A DNA stretch of 64,000 bases from Eledone cirrhosa (lineage: Eukaryota): contig OZ024745.1 of the NCBI GenBank assembly GCA_964016885.1, positions 21,204,001 through 21,268,000 on the forward strand, read 5' to 3'. Position 1 is the stretch's first letter. Each line of letters begins with the position of its first letter. Made by a program: the position numbers and the translations under genes. This document shows, piece after piece, positions 1 through 14,500 of this stretch. Below the pieces are notes generated by a model. That model made no database searches. It had not been told where the DNA came from and saw only the letters and a list, made by a program, of their open reading frames with translations.

Positions 1-31
1 GTCAATTGCATGAACTCATAATCCTTTATTT

Positions 32-87
32 ACTGCTATATATATTTCGATGATAGCCATTGAATGGCTATGACCTCATCAGGCAGT
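32..87 (-). ncRNA. Type I hammerhead ribozyme (minimal, PLE pLTR-type)
   Basis: Minus strand: actgc CTGATGA ggtcatagccat-tca-atggctatcatc GAAA T ATAT A TA gcagt. Stem I actgc/gcagt, long stem II, intact core, AATAAA immediately downstream. Confidence 0.85.
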
Positions 88-296
88 TAGTCAGTTCTTA
101 GATATGCCAGCTCTGTGTTTATAGTGTTGATGGTATCAGAGCCTTGGGACATATGAGCTTGTTAGGAATAATTTAATGTTGTCAGCAGGAATAATTATAT
201 ATATATATAAATACAAGTAAAGTCTGTTTAGAAAAAGCGAACGAAGTTTTAAATTTAGTAAAAATAGAAACTTTCGCCGTATGTTTGACTAAAGAA

Positions 297-490
297 ATTT
301 TAGCCTGATAGTGGGGTTTAGAACCCTCTACAAATGGAAAGGGATGAGTATTGATAAGTGGGCAAAGAAGAAGAGAAATGTTACACAACTTTAAATAAGT
401 ATTATATCTCACGAGATATAAATTATTTCAGTTTAATACTCATCCTTTTCCATTTTAAAAGAGTTTTAAACCCCACTATCAGGTTAAATT
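297..490. repeat. Imperfect inverted repeat in a (TA)n-flanked element; related copy at ~16297-16430
   Basis: aattttagcctgatagtggggtttagaacc...ggatgagtatt (297-352) is mirrored by aatactcatcc...aaaccccactatcaggttaaatt (435-490). A similar sequence recurs at 16372-16430. Confidence 0.6.
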
Positions 491-544
491 ATTTCTTCGA
501 AATTTCATATATATATATGTATATATATAATATATATATATATA

Positions 545-935
545 TGAAGATAGACATAGAATATTCGAAAATATTCTGTATGTTTATAATAAACATTTTG
601 AAGACCTAATCGCTATAGAATAGAATACGTCACGTATTACAATTAGATTCTCGATAAAAGCAAGCTCTTTCAAACCAGTTCCTGTACACAGCTAAGTATT
701 CTATAAGTCTCTAGCTGTGTCATTCTCGATAAAAGCACTGGATATGTAATCCAGAAGATTTCTAATAAGAATGAAACGCGTAGGTTACTTCCCTTGCTTT
801 TATCGAGAATCTAATTGTAATACGTGACGTATTCTATTCTATAGCGATTAGGTCTTCAAAATGTTTATTATAAACATACAGAATATTTTCGAATATTCTA
901 TGTCTATCTTCACATATATATCGCTATTTCAGAGC
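545..935 (+). mobile_element. Non-autonomous PLE-like cassette with 120-bp inverted repeat and HHR-like motif
   Basis: 545-664 is the reverse complement of 793-912 and the cassette is flanked by (TA)n. The 3' part (ggtcttcaaaatg...atcgctatttcag) recurs on the minus strand at ~38925-39010 and ~53862-53940. Confidence 0.65.
746..788 (+). ncRNA. Hammerhead-like motif, U4A variant or degenerate
   Basis: gtaatc CAGAAGA tttct-aata-agaat GAAA CGCG TA ggttac. Stem I gtaatc/ggttac, palindromic stem III; core differs from CUGANGA at position 4. Confidence 0.6.
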
Positions 936-951
936 ATTTAATCCAATATAT

Positions 952-1032
<81 letters not shown>

Positions 1033-1073
1033 TACATTTCTCTCTATGTGCCATACGACTTGAAATGCTGATT

Positions 1074-2853
1074 CACCGTGTAACATTTTTTTGTTCCCCG
1101 GTTCTAAGTGTCATTTCATGGTTTGTTATATCCCGTAATGCACTGGGTAATTGCTGGCCTTGTGCCTAAAGTAGAAACAATTATTATAAAAAACACTATT
1201 ATTTAATCAGAAGTTTGGGTTTGTGGTCAGGAGTTTGATATTTCGAAATTTTCATATTTTTCAAGAGAAAACGCATTTTTTTAAAATTAATCAGTTCATG
1301 TAATTAAATCAACAGAGTATATATTTATTTTATTACACAAGCTTATCAAAAGCAAACAAGTAAAAACAAATAACACTTATAAAGAAACTTATTCACGTCA
1401 GAAATGACTGGATTTTCTGGATTTGCGGTTATAGTCCAGGTCGCATTCCTGCACTAGGCCCCAGATATAGTTCCCCATCATTTTTTCATTGTAGTGGCCC
1501 TGGTACCTCCGCTCTATCTCTTTCACATCTTGTTGGAATCGTTCGCCTTGTTCTTCTGAGTAGGCGCCCATATTGTCCTTTAATTTTTCCAGGTGAGCGT
1601 CCAGCATATGGAGTTTAAGCGACATCCTGCATCCCATGGCGCCAAAAGCCTTTATCAGATCCTGCACCAGTTGCTGGTAGTTTTCAGCTCTGTTGTTGCC
1701 CATGAAGCCCTTAACAACTGCCTTGAAACAGTTCCATGCTGTTCTCTCAATCCTATTTAACTTATTGGAGAACTGGGTAAACTCAAACACCTTCTTTATC
1801 TGAGGTCCAACAAAAATTCCACCTTTGATTTTGGCCTCAGATAACTTGGGGAAGAACTCAAGAAGGTACTTAAAAGCGGCTGATTCTTGGTTGAGAGCCT
1901 TCACAAACTGCTTCATCAACCCCAACTTAATGTGCAGAGGTGGCATGAGCACAATCCTGGGATCAACCAATGGCTCCCACATGACGTTTCGGGTCCCAAC
2001 TACAAATTCTGTTCGCTGCCCCCAGTTCTTTCTTTTGTAGTGGCCAGAGGTGGCTCTGCTGTCCCAAAGGCAGAGGAAGCATTGGAATTTGATAAAGCCT
2101 CCTTGGATTCCAAGCAGGAAAGCCACCATCTTGAAGCCTCCAATGATTTTCCAATTGTACTGGTTGTATTGCAGAGCTTCCAAGAGGACTTTCACACTGT
2201 AGTAATCTTCCTTCAGGCAGACTGAATGAGCTAGGGGCAGTGTTGGGAACTTGTTTCCATTGTGGAGGACAGCCTTCAAACTTGTGGTGGAGCTGTCTAT
2301 AAATAGCCGCCACTCCTTGGGCACAAACGGCACCCCAATAATGTCAAACAGTCCAGGCACGTCATGGCAGAAGCAGAGGCCATCCCTAAGAGTGTAAAAG
2401 CCTGAAAAAGGTTCGTGTCGACTTCTCTGACTTGTCACCTGCACTTGCTCCTTGACCAAGTTCCACCTCTTCATCCTGGAGACGAATGCTTAAAACACAA
2501 CTTACCCTTTATTCAGGGTGCGAAAATCCAGTATCAATAAATCTCTTTAATCCACTTTTTAACAATTTTATACTTTATTGCACTTTTATAATTTTCTTTA
2601 GGTATTACTCTTTATTTTATAATTTTAATTTAACCTGAAACATATATTAAAAAATCATTTAACATAAGCAAATTAAACTTACATACAACGTAAAATGCAG
2701 CATACAAATAATTCTAGTGAATAGCTTAGAATGTTTACAAACCCAAACTTTTAACTGTTTAATAGCACTTTATTATTTATTTGGGACCTAAGCAACACAA
2801 AAAAAGTGATTACAAGCCAGGAACAGAGAAAACAAATTTTTCGTTACACAGTG
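1074..2853 (-). mobile_element. Chapaev3-like (CMC/Transib-related) DNA transposon, internally deleted
   Basis: Termini CACCGTGTAAC (1074) and revcomp CACTGTGTAAC (2843-2853). Subterminal inverted motif aagtttgggtttgt (~1211) / acaaacccaaactt (~2737). Encloses a transposase-like ORF. No clean TSD seen. Confidence 0.65.
1398..2474 (-). pseudogene. DDE transposase core (Chapaev3-like), N-terminally truncated, probable catalytic D>G
   Basis: Motifs WRLFIDSS, CFLCLWDSRA, PPLHIKLGLMKQFVKAL, GPQI, SLKLHMLDAHL, SEEQGERF, RYQG. The expected GD(L/F)K reads GGFK. Confidence 0.75.
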
Positions 2854-3469
2854 TTATGTTTACCGCCAGCCTGACATGCTAATGTATATCGACTAGTCTT
2901 ACTGAATAATTAGCAGGAATTGGTTCTGCAGGCTCATATAGCATGGTTGATTATTAGAGAAGCATATATGTGAATACGTGTGCAGCTGGTGCACGACTCG
3001 ACAGAATATATTTCCGAGTGGCATATCGTCATTGTTATCATCTTGGAAAGATAACAACTGGATACATCATATTTCAAAGATCTTACATATTCAATCCACG
3101 TACAGTAATACACACACACACACACAATCTCTTATTTTCTCTCTCCCTCTCTCTTTATCTCTCTCTATCTCTCTCTCTTTCTATCTATCTATCTCTATCT
3201 ATCTATCACTCTCTCTCTCTCTCTCACATATATATATACACACATGTATATATATAATATATATATATATGCGTGTGTGTGTGTGTGTGTGTGTTTTGTG
3301 CGTTGTGTGTGTGTGTGTATACTTCGTTTTATTTTATTTGTTTTGCAAGATTTCTTATCTTCGGGTGGGTCATGTTACCAATAAAAACTCACGCACCTGT
3401 TGTTTTCATTTAAATTTATAAAAAATTTCCGGTTGGTTGGTTTAATAACAGGGTGGTTGTTTATTTATT

Positions 3470-3512
3470 GCCAAATCTCTTTCGCCGCACATTCTGTGAC
3501 ATCCTCAGTGAC
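3470..3512 (-). ncRNA. Degenerate hammerhead-like motif
   Basis: gtca CTGAGGA tgtcacagaatgtgcggc GAAA gagatt tggc AATAAA. Stem I gtca/tggc; stem III mismatched. Confidence 0.45.
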
Positions 3513-3928
3513 TAGTTTGTGGCTTTATGTCTCCCCTTTGTTCTGTCCGACACCATCTTGTTTTGTGTGTTTTATATATATCTAAATACATAATATATAC
3601 ATACAGACATACATATATACATATATAATATATACATATATAATACATACATACATACATAATCTATGCATACATACATAGATACATACAAAATATATAC
3701 TTACATACATATATACAAACATACATGGATACATACATGCATAATACATACATAGAGGCATTCATATGTACATACAAACATATATACATACATGCATACA
3801 TACATACATACATACATACATACATACATACATACATACATACATACATACATGCATACATACATACATACATACATACATACATACATACATACATACA
3901 TACATACATACATACATACATACATACA

Positions 3929-4497
3929 CCCGATTAAGAAAAATATGGTCATCGGAACTCTCTGCACACAATAAAACAGTGGCTCACAATGTGTTTGTGG
4001 GGCCTGACCTAACACCAACGTTTGGAATACTCAATTGGACGTTAGACGAAATCTGAGCAATTGATGTTAAAAACTCAAAAAATACTAAACAACACCGGAA
4101 ACTTCCACATCAACAGTGACATAGACCGCCTTTACTTGAAACGTAAGCAGGGAGGCAGAGGCCTAACATCAGTCCATACAGCATTTGAATGTCGCATCAT
4201 ATCCCTCCGACAACATTTACGAACCCCGAAGCGTAGGAGCCCATCTATTGAGCAAGTCTATCCGCATGAGTCAAATAAGATCATGAGAGTTGGGAAGTTA
4301 CTCCCTGCAAGATAATCAAAAGTTCACGCCCTGCGAAATTTCCCAGTAATACCGCAGCGAATCCATGGATGAAAAACTGCATGCTTATCAGCAGAAAGTC
4401 ATGCTCCAGAGTGAGAGTAATATAGATAAGCAAAGTAGTCTATCTTGCACCAACAACCGCTGCATTGGCTCCCATTTTGAAGGATACGCTTTGCTCT
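3929..4497 (+). pseudogene. Non-LTR retrotransposon fragment (R4/Dong-like RT C-terminal region)
   Basis: Reads RLRKIWSSELSAHNKTVAHNVF...TFGILNWTLDEI*...KTQKILNNTGNFHINSDIDRLYLKRKQGGRGL. Contains stops and frameshifts; lies between (TACA)n and (CA)n. Confidence 0.75.
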
Positions 4498-4499
4498 GC

Positions 4500-4576
<77 letters not shown>

Positions 4577-4662
4577 ATCTTAATAGCCATTTGACACACA
4601 TCGCTGCTGGCCATTGTCGCAGCATCGAACACCTCACTACTACTACTACACACACACACACA

Positions 4663-4694
<32 letters not shown>

Positions 4695-4709
4695 GACACA
4701 CACACACAT

Positions 4710-5185
4710 ATTTGTTGTGAAAGAGTCATTTCTCAATCATGGCGCAAAACCAATTTTTTATCCACATGACCTCTACCGACCAATCAAAATTGTTTTGACC
4801 AAGAATTTTTGCTGGAGCCACTTTTTTAACATAAAAACAGTCTTGGCGCAAAATCAACTTTTTACATTCACATGACCTCTACCGACCAATCAAAATTGTT
4901 TTGACCACAAGCATTTTTACAACACAAAATTAACGCTGGAGCCACTTTTTTAACATAACAACAGGTAGAATTCCCAAAACTAATCAGATCAGAGCAAACA
5001 GCACGGACACTCTATCTCAAAATTATTTTTGAAAAGCATTTAGAAATGCGCAACCGGTAAAAACTTAAAAACTTAAAACCACAACTGAATACTAACCCAT
5101 ACAATCACTAATACTCTTTTATTCCTAATTAAACCATTTTTCAACTGTGAACAATTTGTCAGCATTTTCTATTCCGTTTACCAAT
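4710..5185 (+). mobile_element. Dispersed repeat with HHR-like variant (related to 22430-23065 and 15963-16050)
   Basis: Shared accaatcaaa / gagccactttttt blocks and TTGAAAA gcat..atgc GCAA CCGG TA at 5026-5062. Internal tandem duplication around 4763-4960. Confidence 0.55.
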
Positions 5186-5289
5186 ATATATATATATATA
5201 TATATACGTTATTCCGGGTTGAATCGGAGGTAACCACAGTAAGTAAGGTACTCAATACATAGCAGAGTATAAAAGTTTTAATATAGATG

Positions 5290-5340
5290 AGATTCTACAG
5301 GACTAGAACTGTTTCATTCATTAGAAATCATCAGGAATCT
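5290..5340 (-). ncRNA. Type I hammerhead ribozyme
   Basis: Reverse complement of 5781-5831. Confidence 0.8.
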
Positions 5341-5780
5341 GGGTATCAAAAAATAAAAATGGTATTTATAGGTCTCTCGAAGATAATTGTAAGATATGCA
5401 CTCAGTATTTTGAATCTGTCTACAGAATTCTCTAAACCTTTGTCACTTAGTTGAACCTTAATGATTTTAGCTTTTAAAGAATCTCCCTTTTCTTTAATTC
5501 TATCGACCATGACTGACCCCCCACTGATCTTATAGACATCTGTTAGCTTAAGATAAACTTAATGACAAGGAATGGTATGCCATCCGGAACCTGTTTATAG
5601 AATTCTGTCTGCCCTTGTTACTCTAAAAACATAAATAAATAAAAATAAACTATAGCTTTGTAGAATTAGCTTTTAATGAATTCCCTTTTCTATCAACCAA
5701 TGACCTACACCCATCCCACTCCCCACCCTCTCCTACCACTTGTAGAGACCTATAAATACCATTTTTATTTTTTGATACCC

Positions 5781-5831
5781 AGATTCCTGATGATTTCTAA
5801 TGAATGAAACAGTTCTAGTCCTGTAGAATCT
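5781..5831 (+). ncRNA. Type I hammerhead ribozyme
   Basis: agattc CTGATGA tttc-taat-gaat GAAA cag-ttctagtc-ctg TA gaatct. 6-bp stem I, intact core, GUA cleavage triplet. Confidence 0.85.
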
Positions 5832-5843
5832 CATCTATATTAA

Positions 5844-5944
<101 letters not shown>

Positions 5945-6055
5945 TTGAAAAAAATGAAAACGAAATTTCATTTCTCACTCTTAGTATGGCACTTACTTAA
6001 ATGTAAGTATGTATGTATACGTACATACATATATGTATACAGACGTAAAGTAGCA

Positions 6056-6093
<38 letters not shown>

Positions 6094-6260
6094 TATACAT
6101 ATATACATACAGGTACACATACATATATGCACGCATCAGTTTAGCGGACGCTTATTATAACGCCGCTTTGTTCGTTTGTAAACAAACTGAACAGCCTGAA
6201 TTTATGCCATACGGTGTTAAGGCAACCACGTCACCTTTTTGTTCAACACTGACACAGGAA

Positions 6261-6301
6261 CGATGTACTAGTTTCAAGCTTGTTAGCTATCATCAGCACC
6301 G
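6261..6301 (-). ncRNA. Type I hammerhead ribozyme, retrozyme unit 1
   Basis: cggtg CTGATGA t-agct-aaca-agct-t GAAA CTAG TA catcg. Stem I cggtg/catcg, palindromic ACTAGT stem III. Confidence 0.88.
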
Positions 6302-6724
6302 CATACCCATCTGCAAGATAGTTGAACGTTCGAAAGTATATACTTTCCTTATGAAAATTAACGGCTGAGCAGCCTAATTTGCATATTGAGTGAGTTAAAT
6401 CGATCAGGCGTACCGAAAACGATAAGTTGAAAAAAATGAAAACGAAATTTCATTTCTCACTCTTAGTATGGCACTTACTTAAATGTAAGTATGTATGTAT
6501 ACGTACATACATATATGTATACAGACGTACAGTAGCATGCATATATATATATATATATATACATATATACATACAGGTACACATACATATATGCACGCAT
6601 CAGTTTAGTGGACGCTTATTATAACGCCGCTTTGTTCGTTTGTAAACAAACTGAACAGCCTGAATTTATGCCATACGGTGTTAAGGCATCCACGTCACCT
6701 TTTTGTTTAACACTGACACAGGAA

Positions 6725-6765
6725 CGATGTACTAGTTTCAAGCTTGTTAGCTATCATCAGCACCG
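6725..6765 (-). ncRNA. Type I hammerhead ribozyme, retrozyme unit 2
   Basis: Same sequence as 6261-6301, 464 nt apart. Confidence 0.88.
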
Positions 6766-7001
6766 CATACCCATCTGCCAGATAGTTGAACGTTCGAAAG
6801 TATATACTTTCCTTATGAAAATTAACCGCTGAGCAGCCTAATTTGCATATTGAGTGAGTTAAATCGGTCAGGCATACCGAAAACGATAAGTTGAAAAAAA
6901 TGAAAACGAAATTTCATTTCTCACTCTTAGTATGGCACTTACTTAAATGTAAGTATGTATGTATGCGTACATACATATATGTATACAGACGTACAGTAGC
7001 A

Positions 7002-7089
<88 letters not shown>

Positions 7090-7362
7090 TATACATATAT
7101 ACATACAGGTACACATACATATATGCACGCATCAGTTTAGCGGACGCTTATTATAACGCCGCTTTGTTCGTTTGTAAACAAACTGAACAGCCTGAAATTA
7201 TATATGCATGCTACTGTACGTATGTATACATATATGTATGTACGTATACATACATACTTACATTTAAGTAAGTGCCATACTAAGAGTGAGAAATGAAATT
7301 TCGTTTTCATTTTTTTTCAACTTATCGTTTTCGGTATGCCTGAACGATTTAACTCACTCAAT

Positions 7363-7370
7363 ATGCAAAT
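7363..7370 (+). promoter_or_regulatory. Octamer motif ATGCAAAT upstream of HHR (also 6377-6384, 6841-6848, 25051-25058, 25084-25091, 25664-25671 on minus; 47895-47902 on plus)
   Basis: Exact ATGCAAAT on the HHR-sense strand about 80 nt 5' of the ribozyme in every complete retrozyme-like unit. Function is inferred only. Confidence 0.4.
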
Positions 7371-7445
7371 TAGGCTGCTCAGCCGTTAATTTTCATAAGG
7401 AAAGTATATACTTTCGAACGTTCAACTATCTTGCAGATGGGTATG

Positions 7446-7486
7446 CGGTGCTGATGATAGCTAACAAGCTTGAAACTAGTACATCG
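7446..7486 (+). ncRNA. Type I hammerhead ribozyme, inverted retrozyme unit
   Basis: cggtgCTGATGAtagctaacaagcttGAAActagTAcatcg on the plus strand. Confidence 0.88.
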
Positions 7487-7653
7487 TTCCTGTGTCAGTG
7501 TTGAACAAAAAGGTGACGTGGTTGCCTTAACACCGTATGGCATAAATTCAGGCTGTTCAGTTTGTTTACAAACGAACAAAGCGGCGTTATAATAAGCGTC
7601 CGCTAAACTGATTCGTGCATATATGTATGTGTACCTGTATGTATATATGTATA

Positions 7654-7707
<54 letters not shown>

Positions 7708-7755
7708 TGCTACTGTACGTCTGTATACATATATGTATGTACGTATACATACATA

Positions 7756-7831
<76 letters not shown>

Positions 7832-7940
7832 GTATATATAAGTATATATATAAATATATGTATATAAGTATATGTGTGTGTATATATATATATATCACAA
7901 AAAAAAAGAGAATCAGTGTTGCGACGAATGGAATTTATTG

Positions 7941-8035
7941 GATATATTACAATCGTTTCTCTGGCTACCAGCTCGAGTCACGATCGATGTGATGATCGAA
8001 CCTGACTCTGAAATAGCAAGGTCCTCAGATACGTC
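7941..8035 (-). ncRNA. Type I hammerhead with extended (~70 nt) stem II
   Basis: gacgtat CTGAGGA ccttgcta..gagtca..cgatc..gatcg tgactc..tagccaga GAAA CGATTG TA atatatc, followed by AATAAA. Confidence 0.7.
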
Positions 8036-8343
8036 TTGATTCTACAAAGCAGATTTTCCAAATGTCCTTTTACATCGATATCCTTCGCCTGTCGGCTTAG
8101 ATCCTGTGGTCATTCCATGAGTGGTCAAGAATTGTACACGTCATCGATATTTCTCGCCACTCATGGCTGTCTACTATTTGGTTCTTTTCATTCTCCACCT
8201 GTCAATCAAAGTTGTTTCTTAGATCGGAATTACTACTGTAGAGGTAAGGGGGGTTTTTTTGTGATATCATACTCTGCTCTGTGAGAACATTGAGTGCTCA
8301 AACGGCCTACCGAATACGGACGCTTTAAGCATCCAACACCAAT

Positions 8344-8410
<67 letters not shown>

Positions 8411-8579
8411 ATATATATATATATATATATATAACCAAAGATTAATAGGGTTCATTGATTACTCAATGAATACAGTTTTACAAAAGATTAAAAGCACCCA
8501 AAAGAAAATTTTCCTGAACTTTTTAATATTATTCAAAATATTAACAAATGAAGACATTCACATAATCAAAATATATGCT

Positions 8580-8637
8580 TTATTATATATATTCCGAAGG
8601 TACTGTGTTGTTTTTTCAGTACGTCCTCGTCAGATAA
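8580..8637 (-). ncRNA. Hammerhead-like motif, A13G variant
   Basis: ttat CTGACGA ggacgtactg-aaaaaacaaca-cagtaccttc GGAA T ATAT A TA ataa. Confidence 0.6.
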
Positions 8638-8677
8638 TATATATTTATATACATGTGTGTGTGTGTGTGTGTGTGTA

Positions 8678-8724
<47 letters not shown>

Positions 8725-8952
8725 CCATGGTCCGGGAAAGTATCAACACATATATTTTTATTGTTTGACCCGAATTACTTGGTCGTTTGTTTTGGCTGTG
8801 CGGATGATATGTTTAACCATCATCTCAGTGTGTTTGGCCCTTAACGTATGTTGTAGCTCTGATTTACTGAATCATCGAGCGCTTGCCACACATATCGGAT
8901 GTTGATTTTCGTCAATTCCTGTGCTGAAATACGATTCTCGCTAATTTATATT

Positions 8953-9105
<153 letters not shown>

Positions 9106-9116
9106 ATATATATATA

Positions 9117-9179
<63 letters not shown>

Positions 9180-9199
9180 GATTCTCGCTAATTTATATT

Positions 9200-11025
<1,826 letters not shown>

Positions 11026-11304
11026 GAAGTGGGGAAAGACAGACAAAGATTCAGTGATCTTACCTAACTGGCAATCAGAGACATTATGGAAATGCTGTTA
11101 ATCAGAAAAAAACAATCCTTCTAGACAGCTCTCTACGCACAATGATCCACGACCTACCATTCCAAATCTAAGGCAAACATATACGACATGTAGTGCACTA
11201 AATAGGTGCAACAATATCGATCATGTACCTGAAAACCTGAACATATGCACCCATGATTTATCATTTCCTACGCAAACCTCTATTTATATATCTATAAAAC
11301 TACT

Positions 11305-11440
<136 letters not shown>

Positions 11441-11589
11441 TTTCTATCTCTCTCTCTCTCTCGCTATTTATCTCTTTACCACTCCCTCTCTCTTGCTATC
11501 TATCTGTCTATCTGTCTATCTGTCTACCTACCTACAGTTCTACATATAAATCTATCTAGCTAGCTTCAATCTATCTCTATCTATCTATT

Positions 11590-14500
11590 TATCCCTACCA
11601 GCAAAACAAACACCAACACCACCCCAAACACAAATGCCCACCATAAAAGAAAACTACAAAATGAACAACAAACCAAAGCAACACAACAAAAAAACGAACA
11701 ACAATACATACACATTAACACAAACAACAAAAACCTAATGGAGGTCATCTCCCAAGAGCCCAAAGTAGAAACTGAGGGGAAAACTTTTGTCAAGGCAGAC
11801 TCTCAACCACACCTAAAACTGATAAGGGTCTCGATAGAAACCTATCAGAAATTAAAAGACCAATTTTCGCAGGTTTTGGCAACCCCTGTCAAATGCCCAT
11901 TAACCGCGTCCTATTAAAATGTTTCCCCACCCCACTCAACACCCACACCAGCACCCAAATAGAGATTGAACAACCCGATCTCCAGGAAACGAAAAGGTAA
12001 GTGCATCTTTTCTTCCTTTTCCGCCAACTCTTCTCCACCAGCATGGCTAATTTACGAGTTGGAAGTGTGAATGTGCGTGGCCTAGGGATGCCCTGGAAAC
12101 AGGGCCAACTTTTTTAAACGACCTTAGGTAACACGGTATGGATGTGATAGCCATCACCGAGTTCAGGATCCACAACAGGCAGCAACTAACCTCCATCTTC
12201 AATGACTTTGAGATCTACGCATCTTTCTATCAGCCAGGAGATGGAGGAGGAGTGGCTTCATATTTCGGAAAAACCTGGACCTCGAAATACAGCAAGTACA
12301 CTTGGACCCGGGGGGTAGACTGGTAGTCCTAGACGTGAACAGTGTCGGAGGTGGAGCCTTCAGATTGGTGGCCGTTTATGCCCCGACTGGGCAATCGCGG
12401 TCAGACATCTTTAAGCGTCTAGAGCCTTTTCTGGGAACGCCTCGCTCCTTGATTTAGTGGGGGACTGGAATGGTATCCTAGACGCACGATGGGACTATGT
12501 AGGAGCATATCCCAGTAGAGGGGGGTGCAACAACCTCAAAATTTTAATCGGCCAATTACAACTGGCCGATAGATATCGACTAGATTTCCCGACTCCACCA
12601 CAGTGGACGTGGGCAAATCGCAGCGGGACATCTAGATCGTATTTAGATAGGTTCTTTGTTACAGAGAGAAACAAGAAGATGTTAAGCTGTCCACAAATGT
12701 ACATGGTTGCCTATTCAGACCACGAACTAGTCACCTGCATAGTCAACCATGATAGAATACATAGACAAGGACCCGGATGCTGAAAGCTGAACGTGTCGCT
12801 ACCGACACGTAAAGCCTACAATGAACGGATAAGTAGATTAGTTAAGCAACAGTTGACGGGAGCCATCGTCAACGATAGATGGTGGTACTCTCTCAAGAGA
12901 GCAATTAGAGTAGAGTCGATAGCTTTTAGCAAAGAACTAGCCTTAGAGAAAAACAAAACAGAAACAGAACTAATAGCCAAGGTAGATGAGGCGCTTAGGA
13001 GTGGCAACGCAGCTAGAGTGCTAGCAACGGGAACGGCACTGAACCAGTTTTTCGATGCGAAACATGAAGGCTGCGTCGTCAGAAGTAAATCACTTGCTCT
13101 AGGAAACGAGGGAGCAAAACCTGTAAACTGGACCCGAGCGACAGAGGCGAATAGTGGCAACAAGTCCACGATTCGGTCTTTGAAAGACTAAAACGGACGA
13201 GTGCTACTTGACACCATGCGGATGTGCACAGCCTTTCAGCGGCACTTTGTGCAACTGTTCGAGCAGAGCGACGTTGCGCCGAACGGGGTAATGGACTTCG
13301 GTTGATACCTCGACGGCCTGCGGCGTCACTCGAGCATGAGTTTTACATAGTCATGCCGGACTTGTTCTCTGGTGACCTCGGAGCCGTCTACTGCAACTGG
13401 CAGCAGAACGGGAGAATTACCAGTTCTGCAGGAACAAGGGGGACGAACTAAGCAGCTTTAGGCCCATAACTCTGCTCAACACAGAGTTAAAGATTTTGGC
13501 CAAGGTGTTAGCAACGAGGCTGGCGCTTGTCGTCGAGAACCTGGTAGGGAAAGCGCAAAAGTGTGCAATCCCGACCAGGTCCATACACGACAACCTCCAC
13601 CCCATGCGATACATCATAGAGAGGGTTGGGTGTAAACACAGCTTCGGTGGGGCTCTGATCAATTTAGATCAGTCTAAGGCGTTCGATATGGTCGGCCATC
13701 GATACTTGGAAGGGGTTCTCAAGGCGGCCGGTTTCGAACCCGTCTTCAGAGGCTGGATCGCTGTAATTCACACCAACGTCTGCTCGACGGTCAAGGTGAA
13801 CGGCTACCTATCGGAGCCGTTCGCAATCACGTGTTCCATCCAACAGGGATGCCCTCTCTCCTCCATTCTGTACGTACTGACTCTAGAGCCACTACAGCGA
13901 AAGTTGGAACTTCTGCAGGGCATCCCGTTGGAACCGGCATTGCGGAAAACGGCGTCGGCTTATGCCGACGACGTGACAGTAATGGTGTGGGAAACCTCGG
14001 AAATCGGGGCAATCGGCAACTTACTGCAGGAATACGAAAGGCTCACGGGAGCAAAACTGAACCCGGACAAGCCTGTCGGTTTGCAACTCGGAACGTGGAG
14101 AGGCAAACCGATGCCGTCCAACAGCGTCGTCGGACGCTGTACGGACAGATCGGTGAAATTGCTCCGGGTCTGGTTAGGTCCTGACCTCCAGGTGGAGAAA
14201 GACTGGAACGAGGTCACGGCCAAGGTATTTGCGCTCACCCAGAAGTGAGCAGAGTGCAAACTATCCTTGAAAAGTCGAGCGGAGGTGGCGAACACTTTCA
14301 TAGAGTCCGTCATTTACTACCGCTTGACCGTCGTGCCTTGTCCCCGTGAATACCTCACCAAGATGGAACGCATGCCCTTCCAGTTCCTTTGGAAGAAGCA
14401 GGCCCCACTGGTGAAGAGATCCGTCTTCTGTCAGCACCCTTCCAACGGATGGCTGGGAATGCCGTGGCTGGTGATGCGCAAACACTCGCTGAGGCTACGG

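Noticed and set aside
300-345. CTGATAG/CTGATAA tgggg..cccct motif (also 16381) as a hammerhead
   Set aside because: The core lacks the G8-A9 order and a following GAAA; at most a decayed remnant.
6168-6832. Repeated 66-74 aa ORF ([12 protein letters not shown]...) as a small protein gene
   Set aside because: It is antisense to the ribozyme, relies on non-ATG starts in the track, shows no recognisable domain, and I saw no counterpart in subfamily 2.
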